A stretch of 64,000 bases of DNA, from contig JAIXZE010000077.1 of the NCBI GenBank assembly GCA_027489875.1, positions 33,000-96,999 of the forward strand. The letters are read 5' to 3'. The first letter of the stretch is position 1. Every line of letters begins with the position of its first letter. This DNA comes from Verrucomicrobiales bacterium. Lineage in GTDB: Bacteria > Verrucomicrobiota > Verrucomicrobiia > Limisphaerales > UBA9464. The notes under the pieces are model-generated. The model made no database searches. It was not told the origin of the DNA and saw nothing but the letters and a program-made list of their open reading frames with translations. Shown piece by piece: positions 1 through 8,880 of this stretch. The translations under genes and the position numbers were made by a program.

Positions 1-1148
1 CGCAGATCGCGGGTGTTGCCGCGAATGTCATCAGCCTCTCCGCGGGAGAGCTTCGCCAAGGCGGGCTCACGCCTGGAAACTGCCGCGTCAAAAGTCGCGA
101 GGATGGCGTTTGTCGTGAAGACGTTCGTCAGCAGGGACTCGATCCGATCGAAATATCCGCTCCGCCATTCCGGAACCTGGATGATCCGCGCGGCAACGAT
201 GCCTTCAAACCCGCGGTTCAAGGGCATCCCTCCCTGGCTGAACATCTGATCCATGCCATGCGGCATGAAGGTGAAACGACCCGCGGATGGGTCATGGTAG
301 ACACGATAGTTGTTCCTGTTGCACGGGTACCCATCCCAGTCCTCGGTCATGACCTGGAGCGCGAGGTAGGTGAGGAATCGGTCCACATCGACAAGCTTGG
401 CGATCTGCGCTTTCCGGGCAGTCGCATCGGGAAGATTGCAGACGGCAGACAGGGTTTGCAGGTCCTTCCAGTCCGGCGGTGTTTTGCCGGCGTCGAGTTC
501 CAGTTGCTGGTCGATGTCCCGGAGGAAGCCGCCATCGTAAAGGTTTCCTGAGGAATCCTTGAAGTTGCGGTTCAGGAAGGACCGATCGAAACCTTCCTTG
601 AGGACATAAAGGCCGAGGTTTCGGCCGTTCAACCGGACCAATGCATGGGTGGCGCGGGTTGCCGGAACCCCAGCGCGCCGATAGAGGTCCGAGCAGACGA
701 TTTCGCTCATCCGACTGCCATCCTGCACGGAATTGTTCAGGTGCAGCTTGTCCAGACCGAAGATCTTCTGGCCGGGTTTGAACTTGTCGACATTCAGCGT
801 GAGCGCCGGCAGGTCATCGATCGGACGGGTCGATCCCGCCGCCCCCTTCACCCGCACGCCGACCGAGGTCCATTCGTTGGTGCCGCTGCGGACAATCGCC
901 GGCACGGACTTCCTCGGCTCACGGCGAAGGGATTCAAACTGATCGGCGGCAATGACCAGTTCGAAGGTCTGGATGGGGCCTGAAAAGAGGGCGTCGGAAG
1001 GCTGGGGTGTGTTCGGGAGGGCAGGGTGGATCTGGCTGGCGGGTTGTTCCGCGTGGCCGCACCCGAACCCAAGTGGCAGCCAGATCAGGATGGCCAACAC
1101 TAACGGGGGGCAGCATGACAGCGAACCTGCGCGGGTTCCGGGATTCAT
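1..1148 (-). CDS. CotH kinase family protein, secreted (runs off the window start; absent from the ORF track)
   Basis: Manual minus-strand translation from ATG at 1148: signal-like N-terminus, then VGVRVKGAAGSTRPIDDLPALTLNVDKF and a downstream HGMDQMF, typical of CotH. Confidence 0.8.
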   Translation of the reverse strand, partial: MNPGTRAGSLSCCPPLVLAILIWLPLGFGCGHAEQPASQIHPALPNTPQPSDALFSGPIQTFELVIAADQFESLRREPRKSVPAIVRSGTNEWTSVGVRVKGAAGSTRPIDDLPALTLNVDKFKPGQKIFGLDKLHLNNSVQDGSRMSEIVCSDLYRRAGVPATRATHALVRLNGRNLGLYVLKEGFDRSFLNRNFKDSSGNLYDGGFLRDIDQQLELDAGKTPPDWKDLQTLSAVCNLPDATARKAQIAKLVDVDRFLTYLALQVMTEDWDGYPCNRNNYRVYHDPSAGRFTFMPHGMDQMFSQGGMPLNRGFEGIVAARIIQVPEWRSGYFDRIESLLTNVFTTNAILATFDAAVSRREPALAKLSRGEADDIRGNTRDL

Positions 1149-1238
1149 AGGTAATGGGGTTCCCGGAGACGCCGGGGGCCAGTCCGGGAAGCATTCACCG
1201 GACCGGCCGCGACCGTGGTGACGAAATGTCACCCATTC

Positions 1239-1787
1239 TCAACGGGGGATCATGCCGGACGCCCGGGCGTAATCGAAGATCCCGCCGGCATCCACCACCG
1301 GGCGCACTTCGCCCAGCGACTTGAGGCTATAAAGCTTGCCCGTGCCGTGGTGCAGGATGGTGTTGGCGTCGATATCGACCGTGGCCTCGTCACCCGTCTT
1401 GAAGATCTCGCACAGACGGTCCTGGCATTCGATCGGATAGAGTTCTCCCGTGGCGACGCAGTTCCGGAAGAAGATCCGGGCATACGATTCCGCGACGACG
1501 CATTGGCAATTGGCGGATCCAAGGGCGATGGGGGCGTGTTCGCGGGAGCTTCCACACCCGAAGTTCCGCCCGCCAATCACGATGGGGAACTGGGTGTCGA
1601 GCTGGCCCTCGGCGACGTAGCGCGTCGGGTAAAGGGAATCAGGAAGGCCCCAGAGGGCGTAGGCGCCAAGCTTCTCGTACTCCTCCGGAATCGTGGGCAC
1701 CAGGTTGAGGAACTGGGCCGGAATGATCTGGTCGGTGTCGATGTTGTCGCGGACCACGTACACCGGGCCGGTGAACTTCGATTGCAT
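1239..1787 (-). CDS. leuD: 3-isopropylmalate dehydratase small subunit (LeuD/aconitase swivel family)
   Basis: DNIDTDQIIPA and NFGCGSSREHA motifs; start placed at MQSKFTG. Confidence 0.88.
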   Translation of the reverse strand: MQSKFTGPVYVVRDNIDTDQIIPAQFLNLVPTIPEEYEKLGAYALWGLPDSLYPTRYVAEGQLDTQFPIVIGGRNFGCGSSREHAPIALGSANCQCVVAESYARIFFRNCVATGELYPIECQDRLCEIFKTGDEATVDIDANTILHHGTGKLYSLKSLGEVRPVVDAGGIFDYARASGMIPR

Positions 1788-1928
1788 CAGGCCCACAGTT
1801 TCGGCAGACGTGGCCAGAACGCAAAGGCGAAATCGTTTCTCGACACGTTCGCAGGGGCTCCCTAGTTTTTGGGCTCGATAAACGGAGTTGTACCGGGCGG
1901 TGGTTTGCTGCCCAACACCGAGATCAAT

Positions 1929-2186
1929 ATGCAAGAAAAGACTACAGTCATTACGGAGTTCCGCACGCACGAGAAGGACACGGGTTCCCCCGACGTCCAG
2001 ATTGCCCTGCTGACGGAACGGATCAACAACCTGACGGAGCACCTGCAGAACAATCGCAAGGACGTGGCTTCCCGCCGCGGTCTGATGGCGATGGTGAGCA
2101 AGCGCCGTCGTCTTCTCGACTACCTGAAGCGCAAGGATGAGCCCCGTTATCAGGCAGTGACGAAGAAACTGAAGCTCCGGCGCTAA
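1929..2186 (+). CDS. rpsO: 30S ribosomal protein S15
   Basis: [23 protein letters not shown]...SRRGL...RRRLLDYL; immediately upstream of pnp. Confidence 0.97.
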   Translation: MQEKTTVITEFRTHEKDTGSPDVQIALLTERINNLTEHLQNNRKDVASRRGLMAMVSKRRRLLDYLKRKDEPRYQAVTKKLKLRR

Positions 2187-2344
2187 TCCGCCGGGAAAGG
2201 ATGGAGGTTGGGTGGTTGCCTGATCTCCATCGTCGGTTGGCGAACCGTACCTGCGGGTACGGTTGGTTGCCGCAACGAGGCGCGCGCGGCAGCCTGCTGG
2301 CCGTATCCATGCCCGATTGTCGCGTCCGAAAAGCAGTCAACTGT

Positions 2345-2426
2345 GCCCGCCCATCTGGGAAACTTCACTCAACTCCCCCGACCCGTTGTCGGGGAGGCTG
2401 ACTGAAGTTTCTCATGTGGGGCGGGC
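2345..2426 (+). promoter_or_regulatory. Long imperfect hairpin in the pnp leader; putative RNase III processing site
   Basis: Paired arms gcccgccc/ggggcgggc, gaaacttca/tgaagtttc and ctcccc-gac/gtcggggag, ending 10 nt before the pnp ATG. Confidence 0.6.
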
Positions 2427-2436
2427 TGAATTACAT

Positions 2437-5400
2437 ATGCCCGAGAAAGTTATCATCCCGGTGGGTGATCAGGAGATCATCATCGAGACCGGAAAATACG
2501 CCAAGCAGGCGGACGGTTCAGTGACCGTTCAGTTGGGTGAAACGGTTATCCTTGTGGCCGCTGTGGCCGCGTCCAAAGCCAAGCCCGGCCAGGACTTCTT
2601 CCCCCTCACCGTCGATTACCGCGAGAAGGCGGCGGCGGCTGGCAAGTTCCCCGGGGGTTACTTCAAGCGTGAGGGTCGTCCGACTGAAAAGGAGATCCTG
2701 ACCTGCCGGTTGACGGATCGTCCCATTCGTCCCCTCTTTCCGAAGGGGTGGTACAACGAAGTGCAGGTGCAGAGCGTCCTGCTCTCCGCCGATGGTCAGA
2801 ATGACCCGGACATCCTCTCCATCCTGGGAGCTTCTGCTGCCCTGACGGTTTCTGACATTCCTTGGGATGGTCCTCTCGGAGCTGTCCGCATCGGCCGCGT
2901 GGCTGGCCAGTTCGTGGTCAATCCCACCCACGCCCAGCAGGCGGAGTCCGACCTGGATCTGATCTACGTCGGCAACAAGACCGACGTCGTGATGTACGAA
3001 GGTGCGGCCAATGAAATCTCCGAGGAGGACTTCATCGCTGCCCTCAAGTTCGCCCAGGAAGCCTGCCAGCCGCAGATCGCGGCCCAGGAGGAGTTGCGGG
3101 CGAAGGCCGGGAAAACGAAGCGGACCATCACGGTCAACATCGTTCCCGAGGAAATCCTGGCCGAAGCCAAGGCGTTGGCGGGTGATCGGATCATCCCGGC
3201 GCTGCTGGTGCCCCAGAAGCTCGCCCGCGAAGCAGCCGTGAATGCGGTCTTCGCTGATGTCGGTGAGAAGCTGAAGCAGAAATTCGGAGCCGAGAAGGTC
3301 ACCGATTACGTCCTCAAGGACGCCCAATACTACATCCAGAAGGAAACGGTCCGTCTCCTGATCCTGGATTCTGGCAAGCGGCTCGATGGCCGTGCCACGG
3401 GTGAAATCCGGCCCATCTCCAGCGAGGTTGGCTTCCTCCCACGGGCTCATGGATCTTCGGTGTTTTGCCGTGGTGAGACCCAGGCGGTGTGTCTCGCCAC
3501 CTTGGGAACCAGCGACGACATCCAGGAGTTCGATTCCTACACCGGTGGGGAGACCAAGAAGCAGTTCCTGCTGCATTACAACTTCCCGAACTTCTCGGTC
3601 GGTGAAACGGGCCGGATCTCGGGCCCTGGACGTAGAGAGATCGGTCACGGCGCATTGGCGGAACGTTCCGTTGCGCCCGTCATTCCGTTGAAGGAATACC
3701 CCTACGCCATCCGGATCACCTCCGAGATCATGGAGTCGAACGGCTCCACCTCGATGGCGTCGGTCTGCGGTGCGACCCTGGCATTGATGGATGCCGGTGT
3801 GCCGCTGATCCGTCCGGTGGCTGGCATCTCGATCGGCATCTGTACCGAGTATGGTGCGGATCATCAGATCAGCCGTTACAGCCTCCTGACCGACATCATC
3901 GGGTGGGAAGACGCGTTCTGCGACATGGATTGCAAGATCGCGGGTACGGAGAAGGGCATCACCGGGTTCCAGTTGGACCTCAAGCTGCGTGGATTGCCGC
4001 TGCCGATCATGGCGGAGGCGGTTGAGGCAGCGCGGATTGCCCGGCTTTCGATTCTGGGCGACATGGCCAAGACGTTGTCTGCCCCGCGTACGGACATCTC
4101 CAAGTACGCTCCGCGGATCACGGTCATCCGGATCAATCCCGAGAAGATCGGCCTGCTGATCGGGCCTGGCGGCAAGAATATCAAGCGCATCGTCGATGAG
4201 TCGGGATGCGAGATCAACATCGAGGACGACGGAACGGTTAAGGTGTTCTCGGTCACTCCCGAGGGCATGGAGATTGCCCGTCGTGAGATCGAGGCACTTG
4301 GCGCTGAAATCGAGATCGGCAAGACCTACAAGGGTCGCGTCGTCACGATCAAGGAGTTCGGTGCGTTCGTCGAAGTGTTCCCGGGTCAGGATGGTCTGGT
4401 TCATGTTTCCGAACTGTCCAACCGTCGCGTCAACCGCCCCGAAGACGTCGTCAAGATGGGCGACGAAGTCTGGGTCAAGTGCATCGGTGTCGACGACAAG
4501 GGGCGTGTGAAACTGAGCCGCAAGGCCGCCATGGAAGAGCGTGGCGAAGCGGCCGCGGTGCAGACTGAAACGGCAGGCACTCCGAGGCCTGAACGGTCGG
4601 AGCGGCCGGAGCGGGTTGAGCGACCTGAGCGCACAGAACGCCCGGAGCGTCCGGAGCGCAGCGAGCGGTTTGAGCGTCCGGCACGCGAAGAGCGGGTTGA
4701 ACGTCCTGCACGTGAAGAGCGCCCCGTGCGTGAAGACCGTGGGCCTGAGCGCGCAGAGCGCCCTGTTCGCGATGATCGGGGTTCAGATCGTCCTGAGCGT
4801 CCGGTGCGTGATGATCGTGCTCCTGAGCGGGCGGAACGTCCTGTGCGTGACGAACGCGCTGAACGTCCTGTGCGTGATGATCGGGCCCCGGAGCGTTCTC
4901 CGGAGCGCGCGCCACGTGGTGAACGTTCCGAACGTTCCGATCGCGGTCCTCGTGAAGAGCGTGTCGAGCGTCCTGTCCGGGACGATCGCGGTGAACGTAC
5001 CGAGAGGGTCACCCGTGATGTCCGTAGCGATCGCCCCGTGCGTGATGACCGTGGCGAACGGTCCGAGCGTCCTGTCCGGGATGATCGTGCGGAGCGCCCT
5101 GTCCGCGATGATCGTGGCGACCGCCCTGAACGGCCTGTCCGCGACGATCGCAGTGAGCGCAGCGAACGTGCCCCGCGTGATGATCGTGGCGAGCGGAGCG
5201 TGCGTGATGACCGTGGTGATCGCGTTGAACGTCCGGTGCGCGATGAGCGGGCTGAGCGTCCGGTGCGCGACGACCGTGGTGAGCGTCCGGTGCGGGATGA
5301 CCGCAGTGAACGTCCCGTACGGGATGATCGTGGCGAGCGTCCGGTCCGCAGTGATCGTGGAGAGCGTGCACCGCGCGCCGAGCGTGTGGACCGCGTCGAC

Positions 5401-5922
5401 GACCGCTTTGAGCGTCCGGCGCCTCCCGTTGAGGACCGCGGCGAGCGTCCCGTCCGCGCAGAGCGCAGCGATCGATATGATCGTGGCGAACGTGCTGAGC
5501 GCCCGCCTGAGCGTGGAGAACGTCCTGAACGCGGCGGCAGTCGCGAACGTTCGGTGGATCGCGGTGGAGACCGGAGCCGCCGGTCGTCTGCCGATGACGG
5601 AGCCGATGGTCTTGAGACCGGAAAGCTCTACCGTGCGAAAGTTGCATCCATCAAGGACTTCGGTGCCTTTGTGGAGTTCATCCCCGGCCGTGAAGGTTTG
5701 GTGCACGTCAGCGAACTCGCCAACTTCCGCGTGAAGCAGGTTGAAGACATCGTCCAGATCGGTGACGAGATCTGGGTCAAGTTGTTGGGTGTCGATGACA
5801 AGGGGCGTGTCCGACTGAGCCGTCGTGCGGCGATGGAAGAGCGCGAAAAGGCGGAGAATGGCGAGGCGGGAGGAGCTCCCGAGCCAGCTCCGGCTCCTGA
5901 GGACGATCGGTTCCTCGACTGA
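2437..5922 (+). CDS. pnp: Polyribonucleotide nucleotidyltransferase with ~330-aa Arg/Glu/Asp repeat and second S1 domain
   Basis: FFPLTVDYRE, RREIGHG, ESNGSTSMAS, KH (IGPGGKNIK), S1 at ~4306-4530 and a second S1 at ~5611-5835. Confidence 0.97.
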   Translation: MPEKVIIPVGDQEIIIETGKYAKQADGSVTVQLGETVILVAAVAASKAKPGQDFFPLTVDYREKAAAAGKFPGGYFKREGRPTEKEILTCRLTDRPIRPLFPKGWYNEVQVQSVLLSADGQNDPDILSILGASAALTVSDIPWDGPLGAVRIGRVAGQFVVNPTHAQQAESDLDLIYVGNKTDVVMYEGAANEISEEDFIAALKFAQEACQPQIAAQEELRAKAGKTKRTITVNIVPEEILAEAKALAGDRIIPALLVPQKLAREAAVNAVFADVGEKLKQKFGAEKVTDYVLKDAQYYIQKETVRLLILDSGKRLDGRATGEIRPISSEVGFLPRAHGSSVFCRGETQAVCLATLGTSDDIQEFDSYTGGETKKQFLLHYNFPNFSVGETGRISGPGRREIGHGALAERSVAPVIPLKEYPYAIRITSEIMESNGSTSMASVCGATLALMDAGVPLIRPVAGISIGICTEYGADHQISRYSLLTDIIGWEDAFCDMDCKIAGTEKGITGFQLDLKLRGLPLPIMAEAVEAARIARLSILGDMAKTLSAPRTDISKYAPRITVIRINPEKIGLLIGPGGKNIKRIVDESGCEINIEDDGTVKVFSVTPEGMEIARREIEALGAEIEIGKTYKGRVVTIKEFGAFVEVFPGQDGLVHVSELSNRRVNRPEDVVKMGDEVWVKCIGVDDKGRVKLSRKAAMEERGEAAAVQTETAGTPRPERSERPERVERPERTERPERPERSERFERPAREERVERPAREERPVREDRGPERAERPVRDDRGSDRPERPVRDDRAPERAERPVRDERAERPVRDDRAPERSPERAPRGERSERSDRGPREERVERPVRDDRGERTERVTRDVRSDRPVRDDRGERSERPVRDDRAERPVRDDRGDRPERPVRDDRSERSERAPRDDRGERSVRDDRGDRVERPVRDERAERPVRDDRGERPVRDDRSERPVRDDRGERPVRSDRGERAPRAERVDRVDDRFERPAPPVEDRGERPVRAERSDRYDRGERAERPPERGERPERGGSRERSVDRGGDRSRRSSADDGADGLETGKLYRAKVASIKDFGAFVEFIPGREGLVHVSELANFRVKQVEDIVQIGDEIWVKLLGVDDKGRVRLSRRAAMEEREKAENGEAGGAPEPAPAPEDDRFLD
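4585..5583 (+). repeat. Intragenic low-complexity tandem repeat encoding (R-x-E/D)n and RPVRDDR units
   Basis: Arg at nearly every third residue; about 13 RPVRD[DE] units with synonymous DNA variation. Confidence 0.95.
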
Positions 5923-5946
5923 GAGCCATCTGTTTGACGGAATCAG

Positions 5947-5976
5947 GGCGGTCCGCGTGAGCGGACCGCCTTTTTT
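5947..5976 (+). terminator. Rho-independent terminator of rpsO-pnp
   Basis: ggcggtccgc-gtga-gcggaccgcc followed by T6. Confidence 0.92.
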
Positions 5977-6026
5977 GTTGGCTTGGCGATTGGGTTTCCC
6001 TCGGTTCAGGGTTAGGCTCGCCGCCA

Positions 6027-6659
6027 ATGAAGGAAGCCTACATCGCGGCCAAGGAGCGCTGGGCAAGGAAGATGGCTGGCCTGGAGAAGCCGTCCGTCCG
6101 GTCTGTCGACCGTCTTCCTCCCGGCCAGCGTCAGGTTCAGAATTTCCCTGTCCTTGACCTGGGTGTGAAGCCCGAGGTTCCCGTCGATCGGTGGGAGCTC
6201 AAGATCGGGGGCCACGTCGATAATCCCGTGGTGCTGCGGTGGTCCGATTTCATGGGGTTGCCGCAATTCCGGGATAGCAGTGACTTCCATTGCGTCACCA
6301 CCTGGAGCCAATTTGACATGTCGTGGGAGGGAGTTGCCTTCCTGACATTGGCTGAACTTGTGCAGCCGAAGGCATCTGCGACGCACGTCTTTTTCAAGAG
6401 TCATGATGGCTATTCCACGAGCAATCCTCTCGACGTGTGCATGGATGACGACGTTCTGGTCGCGCACTCGTGGGATGGAAAACCGTTGGCGGTCGAGCAT
6501 GGGGGGCCGGCGCGGGTCATCGTTCCCAAGAAGTACGCCTGGAAGGGGGCCAAGTGGATCCGGGAGATCACGTTTCTGGATAGGGACATCCTCGGTTTCT
6601 GGGAAGTACGCGGGTACTCGAACACCGCGGATCCATGGACGGAGGACCGGTTCTCGTGA
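6027..6659 (+). CDS. Molybdopterin-dependent oxidoreductase, sulfite oxidase-like (YuiH-type)
   Basis: RLPPGQ, DFHCVTTWS, HGGPAR, KGAKW, GFWEVRGY. Confidence 0.85.
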   Translation: MKEAYIAAKERWARKMAGLEKPSVRSVDRLPPGQRQVQNFPVLDLGVKPEVPVDRWELKIGGHVDNPVVLRWSDFMGLPQFRDSSDFHCVTTWSQFDMSWEGVAFLTLAELVQPKASATHVFFKSHDGYSTSNPLDVCMDDDVLVAHSWDGKPLAVEHGGPARVIVPKKYAWKGAKWIREITFLDRDILGFWEVRGYSNTADPWTEDRFS

Positions 6660-7462
6660 ACACCGGTAGGCACGGGGGGCGGAGAAGGGTGGACGTCCTC
6701 TTTACGCCGGCGGATTTTGCTGCGCTGTCCCGGAGGGATTTGTCCCGGACGACCTGCGTTGTCTTTGATGTGCTGAGGGCGACAACCAGCATGGTGACCG
6801 CCTTGTCGGCGGGGGCCGAAGCCATCGTGCCCGTGACTGACATCCCGGAGGCGATTGCCTGGAGGAATCGGCTTCCTGACGTGCTGCTTGCGGGGGAGCG
6901 CGATGGGCGGCGGATCCTCTCGGACCGGACGGGTGGTGTGGACTTTGACCTGGGTAACTCGCCTCGGGAGTTTGTTTCCGATCGCGTTGGAGGTCGATGG
7001 ATCGTTGCGACAACGAGCAACGGAACCCGGGCCCTCAGGGCGAGCGTGGGCGCTCGGGTCGTGCTGCCTGCCTGCCTTCGAAACCGGAATGCCGTCGCCC
7101 AGTGGCTGCATTCCGATACTTCTGAGGAATGGATGCTGGTCTGCAGTGGGACCCTCGAGGATTCCGCCTACGAGGATGTGCTCGGGGCAGGAGCTCTGGT
7201 GGATCGCTTGTGGCCGATGTTGTCCGAGTTCGAGGTGCTGGATGGGGCACGCATGGCGCGATTGTTGTACCTCGCTGCGCGGGGCGATCTGGCCGGTGCC
7301 ATGCGGCAGCATTCCCGGAATGGTCGCCGGCTTGCGCGCATGGATGAGTTGGCGGCGGATATCGAGCTCTGTGCAGTGGAAGACGACGTGGACCTGGTCG
7401 CCGCGATGGACGAAGGCGGGGTGATCCGTAGGCTCAAGGAGCGCGATCGGCCATCGGAGTGA
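6656..7462 (+). CDS. comB: 2-phosphosulfolactate phosphatase family protein
   Basis: VVFDVLRATT, LAGER, DLGNSP, TTSNGT, EDVLGAG; GTG start overlaps the upstream stop (start uncertain). Confidence 0.85.
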   Translation: MNTGRHGGRRRVDVLFTPADFAALSRRDLSRTTCVVFDVLRATTSMVTALSAGAEAIVPVTDIPEAIAWRNRLPDVLLAGERDGRRILSDRTGGVDFDLGNSPREFVSDRVGGRWIVATTSNGTRALRASVGARVVLPACLRNRNAVAQWLHSDTSEEWMLVCSGTLEDSAYEDVLGAGALVDRLWPMLSEFEVLDGARMARLLYLAARGDLAGAMRQHSRNGRRLARMDELAADIELCAVEDDVDLVAAMDEGGVIRRLKERDRPSE

Positions 7463-7465
7463 GAC

Positions 7466-7978
7466 TCAGTCGATGAGCTTCCGCGCCATCGGCCAGAGCA
7501 CGCGAAAGGCGGAGGCAAAGTCCTCGGGATGACGTTCGATCCAGGAGTCGATGGTGGTGGGCTTGAACCAGGCTCCCCCCCGCACCTCGCTTGCCTGAAG
7601 GGTGAACGGTCCTTCGTGGACCAGTCGATAGACCCAGCAGAATTCCATGCCCGTCTCCGGGCTGGCGACGAGCCGGAACCATCGCTGCGGGGAGGTGGGG
7701 GTGACCAGTCCCAGTTCCTCGCCCAATTCGCGGACCGCGCAGGCATCGTATTCCTCACCGGAGTCCACATGGCCGGACGCGGAGGAATCCCACACACCTG
7801 GCCACATGTCCTTGAGCATGGAACGTTGCTGCAGGAACAGCTCCCCGGCTGTGTTGAACACGAGCATGTGGGTCGCTCGATGGCGAAGCCCCAGTTGGTG
7901 AACGGAGGGACGTGGCATCTGGCCAACCACGATGTCCTGTTCATCAACCACATCGAAGATCTCCACGGCGTTTGACAT
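7466..7978 (-). CDS. NUDIX hydrolase (IPP isomerase-like)
   Basis: LRHRATH, LFLQQRS, SGHVDSGEEYDACAVRELGEELG Nudix box. Confidence 0.85.
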   Translation of the reverse strand: MSNAVEIFDVVDEQDIVVGQMPRPSVHQLGLRHRATHMLVFNTAGELFLQQRSMLKDMWPGVWDSSASGHVDSGEEYDACAVRELGEELGLVTPTSPQRWFRLVASPETGMEFCWVYRLVHEGPFTLQASEVRGGAWFKPTTIDSWIERHPEDFASAFRVLWPMARKLID

Positions 7979-8145
7979 GCCAACAGGTTGGTGGGCTTGA
8001 CGGCGTGCGGTCAATGCGCCGGGTGGGAAGTGGTGCTGGTCCGAAGCCGGACTGGACGGGAGGTTTGCCATGTTGCGCACGGGTGACTTTCTGTTAACCC
8101 TAGGGACATCAACGTTGCATTCATGGGGAGAAGGCATCGGTTGGG

Positions 8146-8880
8146 ATGCCAATGATTGGGCTATTGTACTTTGATCCATACTTCTGGGTTACCATCCCGG
8201 GAATACTGCTTGCTGCGTGGGCGCAGATGAAACTGTCGGCGGCTTACGGGCGTTACTCGCGCGTCGGAACCGTACGAGGGGTTACGGGTGCCGATGTGGC
8301 GAGGTTGATGTTGGATCGAAACGGGATGGCGAACGTGGAGGTTTACAGGATCAGTGGGGAATTGACGGACCATTACGATCCGGGTCGGAGGGCGGTTTTC
8401 CTGTCGCATGGGGTTCACGACACCCCTTCAGTGGCAGCTGCGGGAATTGCTGCACATGAGGTGGGGCATGCCATCCAGCACAAGACCGGGTATGCGTGGC
8501 TTGGGTTCCGGATGGCCATGGTGGGCCTGACCGGTTTCGCGTCGAAAGCATCCTGGTTCCTGATCCTGGGTGGCATGATATTCTCAAATGCCAATCCGAG
8601 GAGCAATCTGGGTCGATCCCTCCTCTTCTTCGGCATCATGCTTTTCGGCGTTACGGTCGCGTTTCAATTGGTGACCTTGCCCGTCGAGTTTGATGCCAGC
8701 AGTCGGGCAAAGCGCGAGTTGCTTCGTCTTGGCATCATTGTCCCGGAGGAATCCACCGGCATCAGCAAGGTTCTGTCAGCCGCCGCCCTGACCTATGTTG
8801 CTGGACTCCTGACCTCTGTCCTTGAGTTGGTCCGCCTGCTCCTGATCTTTCGTCGCCCACGAGATGAAGACCACGGATGA
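8146..8880 (+). CDS. Membrane zinc metallopeptidase (YugP-like)
   Basis: LTDHYDP, AAHEVGHAIQH, TLPVEFDASSRA, AAALTYV. Confidence 0.88.
   Translation: MPMIGLLYFDPYFWVTIPGILLAAWAQMKLSAAYGRYSRVGTVRGVTGADVARLMLDRNGMANVEVYRISGELTDHYDPGRRAVFLSHGVHDTPSVAAAGIAAHEVGHAIQHKTGYAWLGFRMAMVGLTGFASKASWFLILGGMIFSNANPRSNLGRSLLFFGIMLFGVTVAFQLVTLPVEFDASSRAKRELLRLGIIVPEESTGISKVLSAAALTYVAGLLTSVLELVRLLLIFRRPRDEDHG

Noticed and set aside
2263-2436. N-terminal extension of PNPase in the ORF track
   Set aside because: Homology begins at MPEKVI (2437); the upstream region is a structured leader.
4585-5583. Possible CRISPR array
   Set aside because: Units are degenerate, in frame and have no unique spacers; no cas genes nearby.
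4541-6066. Long alternative-frame and antisense ORFs over the pnp repeat (4541-5734 +, 4783-6066 -)
   Set aside because: Explained by repeat codon usage that lacks stops in those frames; no recognisable domains or start signals.
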